DNA of 64,000 nucleotides from Raillietiella orientalis (lineage: Eukaryota). The stretch lies in the NCBI GenBank assembly GCA_036172245.1, contig JAYWIR010000091.1, positions 1-64,000 of the forward strand. The letters are read 5' to 3'. Of this stretch, positions 26,506 through 38,778 are shown piece by piece. Positions within the stretch are counted from its first letter, which is position 1. The number at the start of each line of letters is the position of its first letter. The notes beneath the pieces are model-generated. The model was given only the letters and a program-made list of their open reading frames with translations. It made no database searches and was not told the DNA's origin. Position numbers and translations under genes: made by a program.

Positions 26506-27410
26506 GACGGTCTCGCTGCCGACTTCGAGTTTGTGGGGAAGCCAACCGTTTTCGTGGACGGTCACACGTGCTGCAGCCACGCCACTGAACATTCTTCCGT
26601 AACTTTGGAAGACGTTCGGCTTGATCCAGACCGTGCTTACCATGCCAGGTTTACTTAATTGCTCCCTCACGCCTGTTTTTGACATTCCGAGGGTTGCTCC
26701 TGTGAGTTGCGCTGCTTCAGAGCGATCCTCGTTTTACCGGGAAGTCCTTTCTGCCTTCCAGCATGAGAGGGGTATTCAGCAGGCGTTGAGCCAGACTTAC
26801 ATGTCTGCAAGTTAGCTCGACCTGCTGGCCTTATCTGAGCACTAAAAGACCTTCTAGGTTCTCCTCTTCAACATGTAGCCGCTTTAATTCCCTCTCTAAA
26901 TTGCGGCCGTTATTTCGAACGAGCAGATTTCATAACTTGTAAATCAAGAACTGTTTGTATCCTTGTTCCAGGTATGTGCCCTGTTCTGCTAAGGCTGCAG
27001 GAGATGGCGCTGCAGCCACGGCGCTTCAGGACTTCGTGGATGGAGCAGACGGTAGCAGGGACGCAGTTGTCCCCTTTTTCCAAGGGGCGGTTGCAACCTT
27101 TTCCAGGAGGGCGTTTGCCAACTTTTTCAAGGAAGCAGTGGCCCCCTGTTTCAAGGGGGCTGTTTCCACAACTTCCGAGGAGGCGGTTGCTTCTTTTTCC
27201 AAGAGAGCGCTCGCCCTCTCCTATTTAGGGGCGGTTGCCCTTACTTGCGTTGGTTGGGGTGAGGAACAAGCCTCACCCTTTCCAATCTCCATCGCGGTGT
27301 CCGCTGGCATTCCTGCCATGACACAACGGCGTTGCACCACTCACAAACACACCAAAAAAAGCTTCGCAAACTTATGCGGCAGGAACGCAGACAAAACACG
27401 TTTTCACGCC
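26506..27410 (-). mobile_element. 5' end and decayed ORF1 N-part
   Basis: ARVTVHENGWLPHKLEVGSETVDL; 5' motif variant GTGAAAACGTGTTTT near 27393-27406. Confidence 0.78.
27060..27242. repeat. Degenerate 24-bp tandem repeat, about 7-8 units, in ORF1 N-terminus
   Basis: Recurring GGRGCNGTTGC...TTTTCCAAG pattern with 8-codon period. Confidence 0.7.
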
Positions 27411-30126
27411 TCCCGTACGCGAGAGCGACTCCTAAGAGAAACGCCTCGCTCCTACTGCTCCCAGACGGAGCCCCGGCCATAAGGGAGGAAGAGAAGGAAG
27501 AACTGGACGTGCCTTTCACGACTGATGAAATCTTCTATGCGATAAAAGGGCTCAACAGGCGGAGAGCCCCAGGGGAATATTGCTTGCCAGCGGAGTTTTT
27601 TCAATGATTCGCTGAAGAGATGACACGCCAGGTGCATAGGTTGACACAGCTGATCCGGAAAGATTGCGATGTTCTTTCTTAGTTCCGGGAGGCTAGGATG
27701 AGGCTTCTTCCTAAGGGTGGAGACCTCCTTAAGTTGAACAACTGTCGTCCGATCACAGTCGCGATCACGGAAGTCAAGTTGCTCGAAGTGCTGTGGGCTG
27801 CGCGGCTCGGGCAGAAAGCCGAATCTGTAATTAGCCTGGAGCAGTCATACGGTGTTCCCAGGCGAAATGTTGTGGCTAACTTGTGTTACGCCAACACATG
27901 GTTCAATGTGCAACGAGAATTAAATGAGCGTAAGGGATCTTTCCGCAACCTCAATTTCAGGGTGACCGCTGGTCAGAGTGGGGACAGCTGGGCGAGCTAG
28001 GGTGCCTTAGCGATCGCAGTCGATCTGCACAAAATGTTCGATTGCGCAGACCAGGAACAACTTTTGGAGCTCCTGGATCACATGGGCTTCCCGAACACCT
28101 CAACTGCCTACCTGCGCGCCTGCTGGCGCAATGCGATCATCAATTTCTTTTTTCAGAGGACAGCACATGTTCGACGTGACTGTAAGACGCGGCATCCGGC
28201 AGAGTGACAGCCTGAGTCTCCTACTCCTTAGCACCTATTACGAGCTGCTGTTGAGAGCATACAGGGCGACATTGGCTGCCCTGCCAAGCTCGCGTCCAGG
28301 TAGGCCAGCCGTGTCGGCGTTTGCTGACGATCTTTTGATCCTGCTGCCTATGTCCGCACGGCATCGTCAGTCGAGGATTTCTTTGACTTGCTGATCCGTA
28401 GGACAGGATTACGGGTGAACAGCACGAAGTCGTCGCTGGTTCCGGTTTGTGAAACGTGGGCCTGACGACCTCAGTGGATCCGCCTGGAAATCCTGGAGGG
28501 TGTATATCTGAAGTGCATTGGCGTTCCGCTGGGGGACTTCTGCCTGTCAGAAGCCTTGTCAGGTGGTCCACAAAAAGTGGAGTCAACGATCGGCATGCTC
28601 CTGGAAAACAAGCTTCACTTGCTGGAACGGACCGCGATATGGAACGCGTTCGCGGCCACCCTCCTTCGCCCCCAGTTTTTGGTTTGCCCTGTACCCCGTG
28701 AATTGAAAAAAGAAGAAACCTCCTACGCATCGCCCTGTGGGGCGGCGGGACGCTTTGTGTGCCTTCAAAGAATTTGTGCGCTCTACGTCAGGACGGAGGT
28801 CTTAGCGTCCTGAAGATACAGAGAATGGAAACAAACCTGTGGTGGCGTACTCTAGCCATCGCTGCAAAAATGTGTAGCACCCCTTGGTGCGTTCTAGTTT
28901 GCTTTCTCCCCAGACGTGTGTCCGGGACTAAAGGACTCGCGTCTTGTATTCTGTGCCTGGGCCGGAAAATAAGAAGATGCGGACTTCATCTGGGACTCAT
29001 GGCTCCCCTGGCAAAGGAGAGCGGTTGGATGGCCTGCAGCCCCTCCAACCCCAGCGCATGGCTGGAAGAAACAGCTATAACTTGGGCAAAGTTTAACGAA
29101 ATCAGTGAAGAATCCTGCAACTGCCTGCGTCCCGGCATTCACACCCGCCGCACGCTGCGGAACATGAACGTGTGCCCCGCCAGAAGCACTTGGGTGCTGA
29201 CTTCCCCACTGGACACGGCACAGCCTTTCTTACGAAGGGAGCTTCAAAACAGACGGAAGCCGACGTGGCAAGCCTCGAGCCAGATAGCGGGCAAAGAGAA
29301 GGATCTGAGTGGATGGACCATGAAGGAACTGGCTGACGCCGCGACCCCAAAAGTTCACCCGCATGGAATAAGAAGATGGGGCGAGCTGCTTGGCATCCCG
29401 GCGGATGACCTAGAGTGGCCCCCGTTATTTAGAGACGCATCCACCCTGCCCCTCAAGTGGCAGGAAACGGCGCTGTTGTTGTTGCACTGGGGTCTTCCCT
29501 GCAACGCGCGCCGCCACCACTGGACGTGGAAGAATGTTGAACAGAACTGTGCAGTGTGCGGGGAGAAGGAATCCCTCCCCCATCTGTTAGTGGACTGCGC
29601 TGCCCTCCGACCCTTGTGGTGAAGTTTTGCTACGACCCCCCGGAAGCCAGTCGGCAGTACCCCCATACACGTCTTGAGACTACTCTTCGTGCGATCCGCC
29701 GTGCTACCAGCCTCAACACTTGCAGCGCTTGGCTGCCTCCGAGGTATTGTTGCCGCGTGGAGCGTAGCCAACTGAGGAAGTAGCGACCGGGACCCCATCG
29801 TACACGCGGGTCGCTACCTGCGAATCGTGATCGGCTGGTCCCATCTGAGAGCTATTAAGACGGACATTGAGGGCATCCTGTCGAGGATGGTATCTTCCTC
29901 CAGCAGGCTGTGATCCCTTCCAAGCCCTCCAAATAATTTCTTTTTGTGTATTTCATTTATTTTTATTTTTCTTTTTACACCCTGTCCCCCTCCACTGCCG
30001 AGGAGAGTGTATTCGGTCTGCGAACCTGCTTTCTGGCAGATCCCATGAACTATTGGCTGTTGCGGGTCCTAGCATCGTAGATGTAAAGTGTTTATTAATG
30101 AACGCCTTGGCGTAGCTTGGTGAGAA
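27411..30126 (+). mobile_element. ORF2 linker-RT-CCHC to 3' end, degenerate
   Basis: LLPKGGD, VDLHKMFD, FADD, CAVCGEKESLPHLLVDC; ends AATGAACGCCTTGGCGTAGCTTGGTGAGAA. Confidence 0.9.
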
Positions 30127-30450
30127 CTTCCCAGCGGCCATAAGAAGCGGCGTGAGTTACCGGAAAGACCCATTGCAATAACGTAAGAGCTGACTCTTGC
30201 CAGCTTAGGGGATGAATCCTGGATCATGTGAATATCGGGGACCACTTCAGGTTATTCCCTCGGGTGCTGAAGAGTTCGCCTCATCTCTTTAATCCTCCCG
30301 GCGGGACACTCAGGGTCGTAGCGTGGAAGTTTTCCTTGAGTTTGCAGATTTGTTTTTCGGATCCTCTTCGTGCGGCACGCCTGGAAGTGAGCCGTAGCGG
30401 TAGCAGCGTTTTCATGTTTCCGCAGTACTATCGCCGCCTGGAGAATATGT
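30127..30450 (-). mobile_element. Old ORF2 C-terminal fragment
   Basis: Minus strand reads ATTLSVPPGGLKR*GELF...LKW...PLSWQESAL. Confidence 0.72.
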
Positions 30451-30454
30451 GACG

Positions 30455-30813
30455 AAGAAGGTGATGACTACTACAGGAACGTGATCGGATATGCAGTTCG
30501 CTTCATGTGGATAGCAACACGATCGCCCCAACTATAAACGAATATGATAAAGTTCCTCGAAGACATCCTGCAGTAAATGCACATTGCATCAAGCGGGTAG
30601 AGATCCCTTACCGAGCCTCCAAATATTTTCTTTATTTAATTTTGCTTTATTTTTTTTTTTGTTTTTTCCTCTTTCCACGTCCGCTGCTGTGGAAAGTAGA
30701 GTCGGTCTGCCCACCAACAAGCAAGCAGGGCCGTTGTTGTGTTAGCCGTAGAGGGGCCCTTTTACCGAATCGGTTGTTTTCTTTATAATAAATGGCCCTC
30801 TGTGACCGGGTGG
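30455..30813 (+). mobile_element. Old 3'-terminal fragment
   Basis: GATCCCTT, T-tract, CGGTCTGC motif, AATAAA 30787-30792, CCGGGTGG. Confidence 0.72.
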
Positions 30814-33768
30814 CAACATGGAAAAGGAAGTTCCGCACCTCCCCTTTCACCCTCTTCCGGACAACGAATGGTATTCTGCACGCTTTCTGAGAGTTTTGCC
30901 GTTAATTGGGTGTCCTACGTGAGAAATCGGCCAGATCGGCGGCTTGCGGTTCGGAGAAGAGGCGTGCCTTCAGCAGCATGACCTGATGGGACTTCGCGCA
31001 ATACGTGAGCCAACAACCGCCTATCATCATAAACCTGCAGCCTGTTGATGTTTCAGCTGATCATGGGGACGCAACGAGAAGATAAGAGCCCACTCATTAA
31101 TGTTGCGGAAATGGCGGTGCCTTCCCTGCCCTGTCCGGCGCGGCATCACCCTGGAGCGCGGCATGTTCGGGAGCGCAACCATGCTGGCTCTCCTCCACGC
31201 CGCGCTTGGCCCTCTCTCAGAAGTCAAAGAACATTGTCTTGGACTTCGTGGAGTATCGGAAACCGTTCGCGGAATCAGGCTTACTCCTGGAAACTTTGGT
31301 TTTCCGAGTAGCCTAGGGTTTCCAAGAAACTTGGGGACCCATTGAGCAACCATCGGACTCCACCTCGGAGTATAAATATCGTGTGCACGATAAATGTTTT
31401 TTCTATCTGCACTTTTACTGGGCAGCTTGAATCTGCTCCAGCATTCAGCGAAGGTGCCGCCATCGATGATCCCCTTCTCAAAGTTTCCGCGTTATCAACT
31501 TCCCTTTCGCGGCCCGCAGAAGCGACAGGGCACGCAAACGCAGTGGAAACTTTTTCTTGCAAATCCCTTGACGCACGGGGATGCCTCGTCACACCTCCCA
31601 CTTTTCTAGTTGGGTAAATGGAAAGCATCTCTTGGCTTTCTGTGTTTCTTCTCCCCCTCCGACAAGAGTAGAGACGGTTTCGTCGTCTTCTAAGTTGCCT
31701 CGGCTCGATGCAACGGCCTTTCGACGTCTACGCGTTGGGCTATCCTAGTGAGGTGCTTTCTCGCTACCTCTGGATTTTTCGCCTTCTTATCGCGAGGTAC
31801 GGACAAATTCGAAGGATTCTGGAGAGGCGAGCGAGACTTTGCAGTCTTTCCGGCGTATCGACTCCCTGCGGACGGATTGTCTACACATTTTCCACTTAAA
31901 GGAAGTTATACGTGAGGTACAAAAAAGAAGGATATCCATATGGTGCGTATGGTTTGACTGGAAATGGATATTTCTATGATAAAACTGTTGACTGGAAGGA
32001 ATAATTTGTGCACATAAGTTCTTGCAAGCGGGATTCAAAATTCATTTGAAGGTTGAATGGGAGCAGTTTTGATTATTGTTGATAAAGATGCTCTGAATAA
32101 CAGTGCAGCTTAAGTGCAGAAGGAACACTTTCAGGATCGAATGCAAAGAAGCTAGAAATTATAATGATGATCTTAAATGTAAACAATCGATGGTACTAGT
32201 GACGGATAATGCTTATTAATCTTATAGTAAAAAAAACTCTATAAGAGAGATGGATAAATGCGATAAAATAATTGTTAGTGGATTGTTCGCCATTATGACA
32301 ACCACTGACCTAATTAATCATTGAAGTAGATCTTAATAAAGTGAAACTTTAGTTTCAATGTTTGACATTATAATAACATCCTCAAACAAAGCAGTCAACT
32401 ATTTATCACGAAATGCACACAACAACTTGTTTTCTTTGAGAACGAATAATATGAAAATCTAACAACTAAAGGTTAAATTCTGGAAAATCAGAGAATGAAA
32501 ACCATTTTAAAATTCTCTAAAGACAGGAAATCTAGCATCTATATTTTTGGAACATATCAGTTTTTTGTGTGATGCGGAATCCAGAATGTAAATGAGGATA
32601 GGAAAAGTCCATTTAATTGTGCTTTTATTACTTGGTCGACACATGAGGTCCTATGAAGAAAGGATATCTGTGCAATAAGTTTTTTATTTAAAATAATTCA
32701 AATTTCCACGAAAAATAAACAGCAAAATGGAAAGGAACTTTTCTTCTCGAATTGAAGAATAATAACGCTTTTAGTTAGTTAAGCTCTTCAACTTTACAGT
32801 GACGATCGTTCCAGACCTCCATGTGCATTTTAGTTTGCCAGGTACAGGGTTCACATTCCGGCCTTGACGTAGCCTAAAAGAATCCCCACGCATTTGTACG
32901 GAATCAAAAACAATCCATTAGAATCCGGCATAGCATTCAAAGAATAGAACATCTTGCTTCCGCAAATTATATTCCTTCCAGATGATGTGAGAAAGTAGCA
33001 GCAAAGAGAAGGTTGAAGTCAATAATTGCAAACTGAAGCTCTCCGATAATTTTTTGAAACCCGTGCGAATTCAGACGAAGATTTTAAATGCCCCAGCTGC
33101 ACAAACATCAAAAAGATATAGTATGTATATAATTATCAACAGAAAGCAGAAGCAATTTCTAGTAAATGATTTCGCAGAAGACATGCACAGTAGTAGAAGT
33201 CTGAAGCAAATATGTATTCGATTCAAATTCGGCAAAAAGCAAATCGTTTTAAAATGGAAACAAGAATGCACAAAAATACATACGTGGCAACACTCTGAGA
33301 ATAAGTTACAGTACAAGAACGGTCTGGTCCTTCAAGGAAGAAATTAATCTGCTCAGAAGCACGAGGCCCCTCCACCTAAAATCAAACAATATTCGCGGCT
33401 CACATAGAATTTGCTCACCTCAATGTCCAAACTGCAACTACCCCCAGGTGTAGGACGTTTGCGATTACTCAGCCATACATCACAATTAGTTCCAGTGTTG
33501 TCAAAAAAAAGAAGGCACGCCCCTGTCTGATGCGTAAAGTACAGCTGATCTTCGATGATTCTATCCTCATTCAAAGTGACGTTCTTACACAAGGAGAAAC
33601 ACTGGCTACCTCTACTACAGAACAGGACCACAATGGAAACCTACAAAAAACAAGCTCTCAGTGAAACATACGAAAATAAAAACGAAAAGCAGTTTGCGCA
33701 GACACGAGCAAGCAGCTTGCGCAACGTGAATCAAGGGCATTCTCGAGCAATGCAACACTTGATATCAC

Positions 33769-36700
33769 GGCGAGAAAAGGACGCAACATACTGAAGAGCA
33801 CTTCAACGAGGCACACGAATCCACGAAGAATCACGTGACTTTTTCGTTGAGCGCATTGCGTACAATTGGAAACATCCAATGGGCGTTCCATTGGGAAGCA
33901 CATCGAACATAAGATAGACGAGAACATTCGGCGAATGACGACGGAATTACCAAACAAGAACGAACAAAAATAACCCAAAAGATCACAATTTAAAGGGAAA
34001 CAACAGAGGCAAGCAATGTGACATGGAATGCATGAAAAGTTGGAAACGGAGGAAGAAACCATTATATTTCAAGCATGCAGACTCAGAACCCGTATGCAAT
34101 TGCGTTCGATGGATGGACCCATGCGAAGCGCGCACGTCACTTTCGGAGGGTCGCAGCTCTCGTTTACCGGATTCGCGACTCTGCATCCAAATTTGTTCAT
34201 GTCATCTCCAGAAGCCATCAATAACCTGCAATGATGACTTCCGTGAAAGGGCACATGGTCCAAAAAACAACACTGAGGACCAACGCGGATTCCGAAAGTT
34301 TAAGTGGACTATGTCTGTACTTTGGAAAAGACGTAACAGCAGCACAAACGCAATGTAAAGTTCCAGCCTCGCAAAGCAGCAATCACTTCTTCAGGGCGTA
34401 CTGCGGAGCCCAAGTCTATCGTGAAACTCGGCACGAATATGAAAAATTCAGTTCTGCGACGCGATGAACGCAAGTTGATACGAAGCTTCGATTCGACGGT
34501 AGCATCCACGGTGAAAAAACACGTGCGACCCAAGAGGAACCAGACCACATACTTCCGCAGTTAATATAGGGACGAACTGAGGGCAAAAGAAGCGTCCCGT
34601 TCCTCTCAGTGGGGCAATGAAAGTCGACTGCGTGACGCCAGATACAAGAAGCCTCACGCAAGAGGAGGAAGCGCGGTCCGACCAAATATACAATGGCTGT
34701 CTCTAATAATGCTCCTTACGATGGTGAACAAGATGCGCCACAGCATGCTGCCACCTTGTAGAACTTCACACAGGACGAGTGGTTTCTTGAGCGCTGCATT
34801 CAAGAGAGGCGCGAAACTTCTCCAGCGTTTATACCAACTTACGCGCATTGCCAGCCAATAGCAGCCATGGTCAACACTTGTAACCACATTACTCAAGTGT
34901 GTTGAAAACTCATAGTTCTGGAAACCTCCTCATCGCATTTTCGGTGATGCAATACTAAAGCATTCACAGCTGAAGGAACGTTAGCTGAAAATCAGATGAG
35001 CGGAGGCACCACGAATCAACGCTACAAAGATGCGTTTACGATTATCAGCAAAACATCGTGTGTAGGAAAGGATCACTGCAGCCTTCCGATCCGCGCGGCA
35101 AAACGGCAAAGAACCTAATGCAACCAACGCAGAATTCATCCAAGAAGTGCTGTTCCAACAGTAGCTACTTAGAAGAAATACCTGAAAATCAAATGATGCA
35201 AAGCGAATGATCTCCGTATCCTAGAAAAAAGCACCTAGCAGCTAGATATCAAAAACTAAATGTCCACAGGAACAATGGAATATGAAACGCCGACAAAATG
35301 CAAAGCAAAATCGCTGCCGTTTTTTGGCTCCTTCGATCTGTGTTGCTCTAATGTTGCTCGTCAGCTGAGCACTGCACGAGATAGGCTTTTTCTGAACGAA
35401 GACATCCAAGAAGACTGTCGCAACGCTCCCAACACGTATGTCGCAATCGAGTCCTGTTCCCCGTTCTGAATTCCCGTCTCAAGCCAGATTTGTTGCGACA
35501 ATGCAAAATCTATACCAATAATAATAAAACGCTGCACCTCTGCGGCGGAGTATGTTATCCAACACAAGTATAGGGAATTTCTCCAGCAAGTAGGGAAGCC
35601 ATGTAGAGAGTGAGAGAGTTCGGAACTTACAGGTAGGCCGTCAACTTCCGAGCTGGTTTTGCGAGAATTACTTGATGACGCTTTTTGTGCTGCGTTCGCG
35701 GTTCAAATGCACAAGCTGAGATGTGCACGCATCAAAGAATGTGACGAAGTCTTCCATGAAGTCAGTGACATGAGAGATTCAACCTCAAGCACGAGTTGCA
35801 TCGCTTGGCAGTTCAGAAACAAGATACGCCAAGCTTCCTCCATGTATCAGTTCTCAGTACATTTGTTGTCAACTGCACTCTCCATTCTGATGTTTTTTTT
35901 CAAAGCGGGCACCATACCGTTGGCAAGAGGGCAGAAGTTCTCTTACAAACTACCAATTCTAGCTTAAAAGTGAACGACAGTACCGGATGCTCCCTTGGAG
36001 ATTCTCCGAAAGAACACCACGTGTTGCGTCCCGCGATCACTGCACATTCGCTTTTCAAAGAACAAAAAGGAACTAGAGAAAAACCAAGAAACCTGCATTT
36101 GTAACGAAAATGTGATCGGGATCAAAACAAACAGGAGAGATTTGGCAGACAAAAACAATAGAATTAAGTGCGTCGTTCGAGAACGCACAACAGAGAGGTA
36201 AAAGTTCCCGAACACGGCAATGATGGCGAACCCCGACAGCTGGGAGGGCATTTCTTATGTCCTAACTCGACGGTGCGAGATGCTGATTCTGCATTCACTA
36301 GACCCCGCACGGAAGCAAAGACCTCAAAATCGAATTTTGGTCCACCTGACTGGATCCGTGTGCTAACTTTTCCTGCGTATCGTTTCCTAGTTTCCATGGA
36401 GCATAACTCCTCTTGGAGGATCACTGTGTGAGGAACATGGCAAACATGCCTCCAAACGACAGCTGGCGATCTCAGAAGGCTTGAACTTCCTAGAAGCGAG
36501 TAGTGCGGCAAAGAGTCAGTACATATGTAGTACGCATTTCTCGTGCTTGTAACCGAAAGGAATCAAGATTTCGAATCCGCGTTGCAGGGTGCTGGAATGA
36601 GCATCCTCAGGCAAAACACGATGCAGCGTCATCACCTGTTTCGGAAGTTAGCCCAAGCTGCGAAGTTTCCGATCACCTATACTCTTGGCCCGGCACGAAT

Positions 36701-37518
36701 GAGCTGGAGTTTCTTCTAATCTACTGCGACCAAAAAATGCCCCGACTTGCACATGAGAACCGACAGATGGTTGCCGCGGTGGTGATCGGAACTTAAAGAA
36801 AGAAAAAGTGCTCCGTAAACATTCTCATTGTCAGCTCATGCTCATTTCTTATTCCAGGAAGCATCAAGGGAACAAAGAAGACGTCATCGTCTGGAATGAA
36901 TTTAACATCTTTCGCGAAAACGATCGTGAGTAACAGCGTAGACAAAAACTTGACGACAATTGCAGGCAGATCTGCTGCAGTATGGATAGGCGCACAAATC
37001 TGTTGCTTGTTTGCAACCAGTATGAGCTGTTTGACGCTTGGAGTCCCATTGCTGTACCTGGAGAGGTATTTGCAAGACCGATTTAGGATGAAAACTCGTT
37101 GGCTGCAGTGGAAATACACGCGCATACTTTGGATAGCATCGGATGCTTCCCGTTAAGCGTCACGACTCGGCCCCGTGATCCCGCATTGGACCAAACCATG
37201 CAACACACGCTCCAATCAGTGTTGCAGAAAGACCAGGATTCCAGAAAGAGCCGGACTGGATGAAGGGCTGCTGCTGCTGCGGACGTTCTGAGAGTTTCGT
37301 TGTGCCACAAATTTTTTTGGCTTCGCCGAATTTTCTGCAATCGCATTGTGCCTTGCGTGCGGGAATAGTGCGCGCTGCACAACTGCTGTGAGAGAGCTAC
37401 GATCGTCAGCCGCTTCGCGACTCCTCCTTTTCACTTGTATGAGTGAGGCGCCTCATTCGAAACTCAGATAATGTTACACCCAGGAAGACTAGACTCGGTG
37501 GCGGCGCCTAGAGGCGCC
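33769..37518 (+). repeat. Left arm of ~3.7 kb inverted repeat
   Basis: Collinear reverse complement of 38779-42479; paired ORF translations (e.g. 36503+ vs 39451-, 33658- vs 41994+). Confidence 0.95.
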
Positions 37519-38778
37519 AAGGATGGGGCAGTGTGGGTGTGAAGAATCCGTCGCCTTCCGTTACGTTTGGGAGGGGTCTCTGTAATTTCTGCGCTGCTTT
37601 CCACTTCCTCCTCTGTTCTGCCGTGGAAATGTTCAAATCCTGTGGGCGTTCATGCTTTGCTGCCCTTTCCTCTGCAACAGGAAAAGCCTTTTTCTTCCTT
37701 ATCCCACGGGGAACTTTTTTTTTCCCAATGTAGCAGCATGGATGCTATTTCTACTTGCCCTAATTACAATCCAGTCACGTGTAATGCCTGCAAGTCTTGT
37801 GAGTTTTTAGAAGAGATAGCCACAAGGTATATCAGGGCAATGAACATCATTACCATTGGATGCTATCGCGCTTCTTTGCGCTTACGGTAATCATTAGGAG
37901 TAGCAGCTCGTTGCAATGAGCAGGAATTCTTTTGCTTGTATGATCGGCGTTAACGTATTTGACTATGATTTGTATCGCTTGCGGTTCTGTTAACGTGCCT
38001 CCTTTGCATCAGGAGTCCCACGCTGAAATCTACAGAGATGAATTCTTTTTTTTACTCACCTGTTATTGAAAAGGGCAACTGGTTCTCGGCATAAAATCCT
38101 TCATAAACTCCCTGAAGAATTCTCTCTCTGGAATTACGTAAGGCGCAGGTGTCATCTACAAAAATTTAAAACACATCTGTTTATATGTTTTACGAAACAT
38201 GTTTCCGCAAATGTAATTCAGTAGATTTTGATCCGTATTGGATCAGTATAATTTTTTGAGCACCTAACTAGGCTTTACTAGTCAACTCCTCCGAACTTTC
38301 ATATAAGAAAAAATACTGACTTGAAAGCGTTACCTAGCATACACTTATCCATCTCCTTTAAAGGAGCATTTTTCACAAACTCCTCATCAACGGGTTGGTC
38401 GACTTGTTCTCAAGCGAGGTTCTCTCTTTCTATACAGCCAGTCTATGAAACGGAAGAAATTGTGTTTTTTCTGATGTGTTTTAAGCACGTTCTCATTAAG
38501 AATTGAAGAACACGTCTTCAAATATTCACACAGTAACTCAACCATAAGAAATTCTCCGGAAGAATCTGCGAATTGAAAACTAACAGCATTCTGAACTCCT
38601 TTGTTCATACCGATGCTCCCAAAACAGTCTACGGCGTACCCTTCGATTTCTAGTTTGTGCTCTTCTTATTCGAGTAGCAAGACGGATGCGTCGTGCCAGG
38701 TGTACGGTCTATCGTTCGGAGTGCTCACGTTTGGGATATTTTCAAGCCACAAACACGGAAAAAGAAGGGAACGGCTTC

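Noticed and set aside
36790..37446. Non-standard genetic code (TAA/TAG = Gln), suggested by stops shared between repeat arms and TAG at a Gln position in three ORF2 copies
   Set aside because: TAA is the ORF1 stop in TAATG overlaps, and TAG/TAA also replace Trp and Glu codons elsewhere; ordinary decay explains it
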